Shown in pieces: positions 8,606 through 14,091 of a stretch of DNA of 32,000 bases. Position 1 is the stretch's first letter; each line of letters opens with the position of its first letter. Made by a program: the position numbers and the translations under genes. This stretch comes from Candidatus Kuenenia stuttgartensis (GTDB lineage Bacteria; Planctomycetota; Brocadiia; Brocadiales; Brocadiaceae). The notes beneath the pieces are model-generated. The model saw only the letters and a list, made by a program, of their open reading frames with translations. It was not told the origin of the DNA and searched no databases. The stretch spans positions 1,320,001-1,352,000 of the forward strand of contig NZ_LT934425.1 of the NCBI RefSeq assembly GCF_900232105.1. The letters are read 5' to 3'.

Positions 8606-8929
8606 ATGGATAAAACAAATTTGATCAAGCGTTTTTTTGCAGTACTTTTTTTGGTTGGGTGGATTGCCGGCAGTCCAGGCTGTGCAGGTACCTCAACGCG
8701 TGAAAGCGTAGGGGAATATGTCGATAGTTCTGTTCTTACGTCCAAGGTTAAGGCGGCAATATTTAATGATCCTATGCTTAAGGTGCTCCAGATCAATGTT
8801 GAAACTTTCAAGGATGTCGTGCAGTTAAGCGGCTTCGTGGATTCCCCGGAGGCTGCTGCCAGGGCAGTGGAAGTAGCGAGATCTGTAGAGGGCGTCAGAG
8901 CTGTTGAAAACAAAATGTCCGTGAAATGA
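8606..8929 (+). CDS. BON-domain (OsmY-like) lipoprotein
   Basis: 107 aa. Signal peptide with lipobox AGSPGC. BON-like core DSSVLTSKVKAAIFNDPMLKVLQINVETFKDVVQLSGFVDSPEAAARAVEVARSVEGVRAVENKM. GAGGAG SD before the ATG. Confidence 0.85.
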   Translation: MDKTNLIKRFFAVLFLVGWIAGSPGCAGTSTRESVGEYVDSSVLTSKVKAAIFNDPMLKVLQINVETFKDVVQLSGFVDSPEAAARAVEVARSVEGVRAVENKMSVK

Positions 8930-8999
8930 ACGGGCGAAAAGCAAATGTATCCTGGAATGTACTTTACTTTAATCTTCTTTTTTCAACGGGAGAACGAAT

Positions 9000-9158
9000 A
9001 TGTCACTTGTTTCAATCTTAATCATAGTTCTGATCCTGATCTTTTTGGGAGTAATCCCCGCCTGGCCACATAGCCGGTCGTGGGGTTATACACCCGGCAG
9101 TGTGATCGGGGTAATAGTGATAATCATAGTAATACTGCTTTTATTGGGCAGAATCTAG
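9000..9158 (+). CDS. DUF3309-like mini membrane protein (52 aa)
   Basis: Below the ORF-track size cutoff and found by eye. The product is MSLVSILIIVLILIFLGVIPAWPHSRSWGYTPGSVIGVIVIIIVILLLLGRI. The P.WP.SR.WGY core and the ending LLLLGRI are as I recall for this family. Confidence 0.7.
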   Translation: MSLVSILIIVLILIFLGVIPAWPHSRSWGYTPGSVIGVIVIIIVILLLLGRI

Positions 9159-9272
9159 TCGCAAGAGGAGATTGGAAATGAAGCGGTGAACTTTGGGAAA
9201 AACTATCACAAGGTGGCTGCGAAAGGTCATGCCTTTTAAAGTAACGAACCATTTAAAGAAAGGAATATTACG

Positions 9273-9560
9273 ATGGAAACGAAGGACGCGTATAAGCAAA
9301 AGATGGAGAAGCAACTGCAAGAGTCGAAGGCGCAGATTGACCTATTGGCTGCGAAGGCTGAGAATGCAGCGGCAGACGTGAAGCTCAGGTACGCTCAGGA
9401 ACTCGATAAACTACGCGACAAACAGCGTATTGCCTCTGAAAAGCTGAAGGCGGTGGAGGAAGCAGGTGACGATGCGTGGGAGAAGGTCAAGGCGACCACG
9501 GATAAGGTTGTGGATGACCTTCAGGCGGGTATCGCCCACGTAGTTTCCTATTTCAAGTAA
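9273..9560 (+). CDS. Cytoplasmic coiled-coil stress-type protein, paralog of the C-terminal half of 10103..10546
   Basis: 95 aa. It shares the pattern KAE.A.AD.K..Y...L..L..KQ..A..KL.......DAWE.VK...D...L......V..FK with the lipoprotein at 10103. Confidence 0.65.
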   Translation: METKDAYKQKMEKQLQESKAQIDLLAAKAENAAADVKLRYAQELDKLRDKQRIASEKLKAVEEAGDDAWEKVKATTDKVVDDLQAGIAHVVSYFK

Positions 9561-9613
9561 AGTAATGGCCGCACGTAAGGCTTCGTTTATGTACAAGATT
9601 GTGAATTTGTTGT

Positions 9614-9670
9614 AAGCCCCGCAACTTTACAGAGAATGTTCCTGTGAGTTCGGGATAATCTTCCTAACAA
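9614..9670 (+). promoter_or_regulatory. Conserved 57-nt leader motif, copy A (candidate cis-regulatory RNA hairpin)
   Basis: It aligns without gaps to 12368-12424 at 43 of 57 positions by hand count. The invariant core is GAATGTTCC...GTTCGGG...TAACAA. Imperfect stems are CCCG/CGGG, AACT/AGTT and ACAG/CTGT. It ends 15 nt before the ATG at 9686. Confidence 0.4.
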
Positions 9671-9685
9671 TAGGCGAAGAGGGAA

Positions 9686-9883
9686 ATGTTAAAGAAATAT
9701 GGAGTAGGTCTGGTATTTATTGGTGCACTGATGTTTGGTGTTGGTGCGGTAAATACAGTGTTGGTTGGCTCTGTTATGGCTACAAGTCATGAAGAGGGAC
9801 GTGAATGCGAAAAATGCGGACACTTGCCAACAAAACCTGAAAATGATTGCAAATGTGTATGTCACGCAAAGAAGGGTTATTAA
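9686..9883 (+). CDS. Small exported Cys/His-rich peptide (65-aa precursor, roughly 33-aa mature)
   Basis: The signal peptide MLKKYGVGLVFIGALMFGVGAVNTVLVGSVMA is followed by TSHEEGRECEKCGHLPTKPENDCKCVCHAKKGY. The N-terminus is paralogous to 12137..12316. A purine-rich SD is present. Confidence 0.6.
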   Translation: MLKKYGVGLVFIGALMFGVGAVNTVLVGSVMATSHEEGRECEKCGHLPTKPENDCKCVCHAKKGY

Positions 9884-9935
9884 TATCCCGGACAAAGACA
9901 TACATCATCTTTTGCTGTATCAATGGGTCAGCTAA

Positions 9936-9968
9936 ATCCTGCAATCAGTTATCAACTGATTGCAGGAT
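9936..9968. repeat. 33-bp palindrome (15-bp perfect arms, 3-nt centre), copy A
   Basis: The sequence is ATCCTGCAATCAGTT-atc-AACTGATTGCAGGAT. The arms are identical to those at 12724-12756. There is no flanking T-run on either strand. Confidence 0.85.
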
Positions 9969-10102
9969 AAGGTTGAAAACGGATATATAAGGAAAGGCTT
10001 TTTGTGGATATGAGAAAGAGTTGTTTTGTGTGTTAATCGGGTGTGAAGTGAAGTGCCTGGATGGTTTTTAATGGTTTATTGTATCAGAAAGGATATAAAA
10101 AT

Positions 10103-10546
10103 ATGAAAAGAATTGGATTAATGGTAGCACTATTTGTCTCTATGTTTTTTATGACGTCTTGTAACAAGAAGACGCCTGAAAAAGGGGAAACCAAAGTATC
10201 GACAGAAGAGGTCAAACGTGAAACAGGTGAAGCCCTTGAAACAAAAAAAACTTACCTGACACAGCAAAAAGAAAAATACCAGAAGGATGCTGAATCAACA
10301 TTGAACTACCTCAGTGATAAGATAAAAGACCTTCAGGCAAAGGCCGGGCAAGCAGGGGCAGATACCAAGGCAAAGTACAATGAGATAATTGAAGGATTAC
10401 AAAAGAAGCAAGGAGAAGCACAAGATAAATTAAATGAACTCAAATTGAAAAGCGCTGACGCCTGGGAGGATGTTAAATCCGGAATGGATGCAGCCCTGGA
10501 AAGTTTGAAGAGTTCTTATAATGATGCTGTTTCTCATTTCAAATAA
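10103..10546 (+). CDS. Coiled-coil lipoprotein (YqjC-like position)
   Basis: I trimmed the track ORF 10061..10546 to the ATG at 10103. The signal plus lipobox is MKRIGLMVALFVSMFFMTSC. The rest is charged and heptad-like, ending DAWEDVKSGMDAALESLKSSYNDAVSHFK, like 9273..9560. Confidence 0.75.
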   Translation: MKRIGLMVALFVSMFFMTSCNKKTPEKGETKVSTEEVKRETGEALETKKTYLTQQKEKYQKDAESTLNYLSDKIKDLQAKAGQAGADTKAKYNEIIEGLQKKQGEAQDKLNELKLKSADAWEDVKSGMDAALESLKSSYNDAVSHFK

Positions 10547-10570
10547 TCTTCATACAGGTAAGAGAAAATT

Positions 10571-10981
10571 ATGAAGACCAGGAAGATGATTTACCATCTT
10601 ATTTTGTGTATTTTAGCGGATCTTGTGAAACAAGAAGAGCAAACATTCACAAGTTTTGCAAAAATTAAAATCAAGGCAGTGATTTGCTATATCAAGGCCA
10701 TTCGATTTATACGGCGAATATGCATCGGTATAGTACTCTTAATTTTGAGTTTAGTGGTAATGATCAGTGGTTTTATATTTTTACATGTGGCGTTTCTTTA
10801 TTATTTTCCTTTGAGTAAAGAAGTAAAGATGTTCGTTATCTTTTCCCTCGGTATTGTCTATTTTCTGGTTCCGCTAGGGGTTCTTCTTTACTTTACTTCA
10901 CAGAGATTTTGGATGAAATTTTCGAAAGCAAGTACATTGATACAAAAAGTTTTGGATACGGTTTCTGAAGATAAAAAATAA
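10571..10981 (+). CDS. Two-TM membrane protein, YqjE / holin-X (DUF1469)-like
   Basis: 136 aa. An amphipathic N-terminus is followed by two long hydrophobic helices (ICIGIVLLILSLVVMISGFIFL, MFVIFSLGIVYFLVPLGVLLYF). It sits next to a DUF883 gene, as in the E. coli yqjCDEK cluster. The assignment rests on architecture and context. Confidence 0.5.
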   Translation: MKTRKMIYHLILCILADLVKQEEQTFTSFAKIKIKAVICYIKAIRFIRRICIGIVLLILSLVVMISGFIFLHVAFLYYFPLSKEVKMFVIFSLGIVYFLVPLGVLLYFTSQRFWMKFSKASTLIQKVLDTVSEDKK

Positions 10982-10998
10982 ATGAGAAAGGAGAGGGC

Positions 10999-11355
10999 AT
11001 GGCGGATAACCAAACTACAGAAAAAGCGGGAGACATATTAAAAATTGACGAAGCGCTTGGATTGCTGGATAGAGAATTAAAAGGAAAGAGCGGTGAGATT
11101 AATCGGTTGATTAGTGAAAAATATTCAAATCTCAAAGAGATTATGAGTGGAGCAACACACACGGGCAGGGAAGCGATAGAAAAAACATGTCATACTTTGG
11201 AAGAGGCTGTTAAGAGAGGAGAGGAGAAAACGAAAGAAATAGGGATGGAAATTGATCGAAAAGTTCATGCTAATCCATGGTTGGCGGTAGGCATTGCTGC
11301 CGTTAGTGGTTTCCTCTTATGCTATATCATAGAAGCAGGCAAACGTTCAAAGTGA
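10999..11355 (+). CDS. DUF883 family (ElaB/YqjD/YgaM-like) C-tail-anchored stress protein
   Basis: 118 aa. A charged helical body is followed by the family-typical tail HANPWLAVGIAAVSGFLLCYII. AAAGGAGAG SD. Confidence 0.8.
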   Translation: MADNQTTEKAGDILKIDEALGLLDRELKGKSGEINRLISEKYSNLKEIMSGATHTGREAIEKTCHTLEEAVKRGEEKTKEIGMEIDRKVHANPWLAVGIAAVSGFLLCYIIEAGKRSK

Positions 11356-11552
11356 TTAGCAGGTTTTTCGTTCTTTGATAATGCATTTTGCAAGCGAGAA
11401 TTTAAGCCGGGAATTAATGCCTGCTTAAATTAGTCCTTCGGCGGCTTTTTAAAGTAAAGCAAAGAGCCTCTTTACTCTAAATTCGCAACATTGAATTTCC
11501 TATATGTTGGAATATTCAAAACTGAAAAAGATTCAGGAATAGGTAAAAAATC

Positions 11553-11832
11553 GTAACTATTCAGCGTAAACGATACACGGCTCGTTCCCAAACTCCAGTT
11601 TGGGAATGCATTTGTTCGAGAAACTCCGGTTTCTCGCCTGTTTGCTGATAGATAGGGAATAAAATCACAGGGTTAAGACAGTTTGTAATTTGTCAAGTCA
11701 GACCCTCACTGGAAACAAAGTTTCCAGTGCCATTACGTTCCCAAACAGGCACTTCACTATGTTCAGTACAAGGTTTGGGAACGAGTTGCGCTCTGATCTC
11801 CGGTAGTTTAATAAATTACGCTGAATAGTTAC
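11553..11832. mobile_element. 280-bp MITE-like element with 17-bp perfect terminal inverted repeats and an 8-bp target-site duplication
   Basis: The TIRs are GTAACTATTCAGCGTAA (11553-11569) and TTACGCTGAATAGTTAC (11816-11832). The flanking direct repeat is AAAAAATC (11545-11552 and 11833-11840). There is no ORF. Four internal perfect hairpins lie at 11585-11606, 11617-11636, 11707-11729 and 11736-11783. Confidence 0.65.
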
Positions 11833-11883
11833 AAAAAATCAGGAATAATCTAAACACTTAACCTAATATAACGGAGAATTACT

Positions 11884-12033
11884 ATGCTTTTAGTTATAGC
11901 TGCTGTGTTGATCATATTGTGGATTCTGGGTCTGGTCACTTCCACCACCCTGAGCGGTTTCGTTCACATTCTTCTGGTGATCGCAATCGTGGTCATCGTG
12001 ATTAATATCATTCGCGGACGAAGACGTCCGTGA
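11884..12033 (+). CDS. lmo0937-family-like mini membrane protein (49 aa)
   Basis: Below the track cutoff. The product is MLLVIAAVLIILWILGLVTSTTLSGFVHILLVIAIVVIVINIIRGRRRP. The pattern W.LG......L.G..HILLVIA...........RGRR is as I recall for this family. GGAG SD 7 nt upstream. Confidence 0.65.
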   Translation: MLLVIAAVLIILWILGLVTSTTLSGFVHILLVIAIVVIVINIIRGRRRP

Positions 12034-12136
12034 CTATTTTGTGGGGCCCGGTATGAAAAACAGTATCGGTTCCTCTCCCCTGGTGCCTGGCGCCAAGGGA
12101 TCAGTTTGGTATTTTAATTTGAAAGGAGGTAGGCAT

Positions 12137-12316
12137 ATGTTTAAGAAAATTGGCATTACAGCGGTGTTTGTAAGTGCGTTACTGTTTAGTGCTGGTGTCG
12201 CTAGTACCTTTGCAAGAAATTCTGATTGTCCGGACAGTTGCAAGTGCCCGGACAATGTAAAATGTGCAAAAGATTGCACAAAGGACAAAACAGATCATTG
12301 TACGTGCAAACATTAG
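12137..12316 (+). CDS. Small exported Cys-rich peptide (59-aa precursor, roughly 33-aa mature), paralog of 9686..9883
   Basis: I trimmed the track ORF 12041..12316 to the ATG at 12137, which follows GAAAGGAGG. The signal MFKKIGITAVFVSALLFSAGVASTFA is followed by RNSDCPDSCKCPDNVKCAKDCTKDKTDHCTCKH (7 Cys, 2 His). Confidence 0.6.
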   Translation: MFKKIGITAVFVSALLFSAGVASTFARNSDCPDSCKCPDNVKCAKDCTKDKTDHCTCKH

Positions 12317-12367
12317 TATATTTTAAAATTATTTTGTCATAGGATTTTTTTTTACGAAAACTTTGAT

Positions 12368-12424
12368 AAGCCCAGCAATCTTACCGGGAATGTTCCAGGT
12401 GGTTCGGGTTAAACTCTTTAACAA
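12368..12424 (+). promoter_or_regulatory. Conserved 57-nt leader motif, copy B
   Basis: See 9614-9670. It has the same length, ends at the same TAACAA, and is followed by a purine-rich SD and the ATG at 12440. Stem positions differ from copy A in a partly compensatory way (AACT/AGTT becomes AATC/GGTT). Confidence 0.4.
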
Positions 12425-12439
12425 GAGAAGGAGAAGTAA

Positions 12440-12700
12440 ATGTCAGATAAATGTACAGACGAGAGGAAAAATATTAATATTGCTCAGGTACCGGCTGTAG
12501 TTAAGGCTGCAATTGAGAAGGAAACTGCCGGCTGCACCATCAAGAAAATAGTGAAAAAAGAGGCCGATGGCAAAACGTGTTATGCAGTCGAGTGTGTAAA
12601 GAACGGTGTGGAAAAAAAGCTCAAATTTACAGAAGAAGGCTCTATTGTGACAGACAAAGGGGAAAAACCCAAGAGTGGCGCAGGTACTAGCTGTTGTTAA
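12440..12700 (+). CDS. PepSY-like small protein ending in GAGTSCC
   Basis: 86 aa. VPAVVKAAIEKETAGCTIKKIVKKEADGKTCYAVECVKNGVEKKLKFTEEGSIV matches the PepSY-like pattern (P..V...I.KE..G..I........DGK..Y.VE....G.E....F...G). No signal peptide is evident. Confidence 0.55.
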   Translation: MSDKCTDERKNINIAQVPAVVKAAIEKETAGCTIKKIVKKEADGKTCYAVECVKNGVEKKLKFTEEGSIVTDKGEKPKSGAGTSCC

Positions 12701-12723
12701 AGCTAAATTGAGAAGGAAACTGC

Positions 12724-12756
12724 ATCCTGCAATCAGTTATTAACTGATTGCAGGAT
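12724..12756. repeat. 33-bp palindrome, copy B
   Basis: The sequence is ATCCTGCAATCAGTT-att-AACTGATTGCAGGAT. The arms are identical to 9936-9968 and both are followed by AAGG. Confidence 0.85.
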
Positions 12757-12940
12757 AAGGAGGCCGTAAAAAAAACGAAATATGACGCGGATAAGTAATG
12801 GCCTGGGAATTTTTTATTATACCGTAGTAATCGGCAGTCTATCGTCGGCAAATTGCAGACTGAGGACTGAGTGGTAACACCATTTCACTGAAATTATTTA
12901 TGGATATTTATTTCACCAAAAGACCAAAAAAGGAGGTACC

Positions 12941-13630
12941 ATGCTTAGCAGACGAGAATTTTTAACACTGGCAGGCGTGGGTGGAGCAGCAATCGTACTT
13001 AATTTTAACAACCCTTTACATGCAGAAATAAAAAAGGAGACGGAAATTATGACATACACCGCAAAGGATTATTCGCAACTCATCGGGATGGAGGGATTCA
13101 GCGAAACACTTTTGAAAAACCACTTTACCCTCTATCAGGGATATGTAACAAACACAAATAAGGTACTCGATACTCTCGGTCAGATGTTGAAGGAGGGAAA
13201 GACGGCAAGCCCTGAGTTTGCAGAATTGAAGAGACGGCTTGGGTGGGAATTTAATGGGATGAGGCTCCATGAATATTATTTTGAAAATCTTGGCAAGAAA
13301 AAAGGCGGCATGAACAAGGAAGGAACGCTTGCCAAAAAGATGACAGCGGAATTTGGCAGTTATGAGATGTGGGAAAAGGATTTCAGGGCAGTAGGAAGTA
13401 TGAGGGGAATCGGGTGGGCAGTCCTCTATCAGGATAGTGCCAGCGGGAGGCTCATTAACTTCTGGATAAATGAACACGATGTTTCTCATCCTGCAGGATG
13501 CAATCCCATATTGATCCTGGACGTATTTGAACATGCCTTTATGATAGATCACGGTCTAAAGAAGGCGGATTATATTGAGGCATTCTTTAAGAACATTGAC
13601 TGGTCAGTCGCAGAAGCAAGGCTAAAATAA
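12941..13630 (+). CDS. Fe/Mn-family superoxide dismutase with a twin-arginine (Tat) signal peptide
   Basis: 229 aa. The N-terminus is MLSRREFLTLAGVGGAAIVL. SOD motifs are NHFTLYQGYVTNTN, FNGMRLHEYYF and ILILDVFEHAFMIDH (equivalent to D-V-W-E-H-A-Y-Y). The presumed metal ligands His/His/Asp/His are present. AAGGAGG SD. Confidence 0.85.
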   Translation: MLSRREFLTLAGVGGAAIVLNFNNPLHAEIKKETEIMTYTAKDYSQLIGMEGFSETLLKNHFTLYQGYVTNTNKVLDTLGQMLKEGKTASPEFAELKRRLGWEFNGMRLHEYYFENLGKKKGGMNKEGTLAKKMTAEFGSYEMWEKDFRAVGSMRGIGWAVLYQDSASGRLINFWINEHDVSHPAGCNPILILDVFEHAFMIDHGLKKADYIEAFFKNIDWSVAEARLK

Positions 13631-13646
13631 AAGGGAGGATTTTTTT

Positions 13647-13853
13647 ATGAACAAAGTAGTCTCGCTTGCAATACTTGCCGTGGGTATCCTGTTTATAATT
13701 TTAGGCGTCAGCGCAACGAAGTCGTTTAGTTCCGACATTTCCCGGTTTTTCACCGGCTCACCCACCGACAAGGCGATATGGATGTTGATCGGCGGCGCTG
13801 TAGCTGTAATTGTGGGGTTGGTGGGACTGCGGAGTTGGTCAAAGGGAAGTTAA
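13647..13853 (+). CDS. DUF3185-like small two-TM membrane protein
   Basis: 68 aa. FSSDISRFFTGSPTDKAIWMLIGG matches my memory of the DUF3185 core. GGGAGG SD. Confidence 0.7.
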   Translation: MNKVVSLAILAVGILFIILGVSATKSFSSDISRFFTGSPTDKAIWMLIGGAVAVIVGLVGLRSWSKGS

Positions 13854-14044
13854 GCGTGTTGGTCCTGTTTTTATGACTATACCCATGAAGACCATAAAAG
13901 GTGGGTTTTAAATTGACAGTGGGGTGGCACGGACAAACCCTGTTTGTTCGTGTTGAGCTTGTACGACATTATCTATAAACCCTGTTAAAAAGTCAGGAAG
14001 AGTCCTTGTCCTCACAAACTGAGCTTTCTTTCTCACATGGTAAA

Positions 14045-14057
14045 TCACAAATTGTGA
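14045..14057. promoter_or_regulatory. Palindrome TCACAA-A-TTGTGA upstream of the catalase gene (candidate operator)
   Basis: A perfect 6-1-6 palindrome, 35 nt upstream of the ATG at 14092. A TATAAT hexamer lies at 14070-14075. I recognise no known box. Confidence 0.25.
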
Positions 14058-14091
14058 TACTCTTGAGAATATAATTGAAAGGTGAAAAGAA

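Noticed and set aside
9193-9381. 62-aa Arg/Lys-rich ORF overlapping the start of the coiled-coil gene
   Set aside because: It is an alternate frame of a well-supported gene, with a low-complexity basic translation and a non-ATG start.
9936-9968. Reading the 33-bp palindromes (also 12724-12756) as Rho-independent terminators
   Set aside because: No U-tract follows on either strand. The 15-bp perfect stem with a 3-nt loop, identical at two loci, looks more like a repeat or protein-binding element. Terminator function is not excluded but is unsupported.
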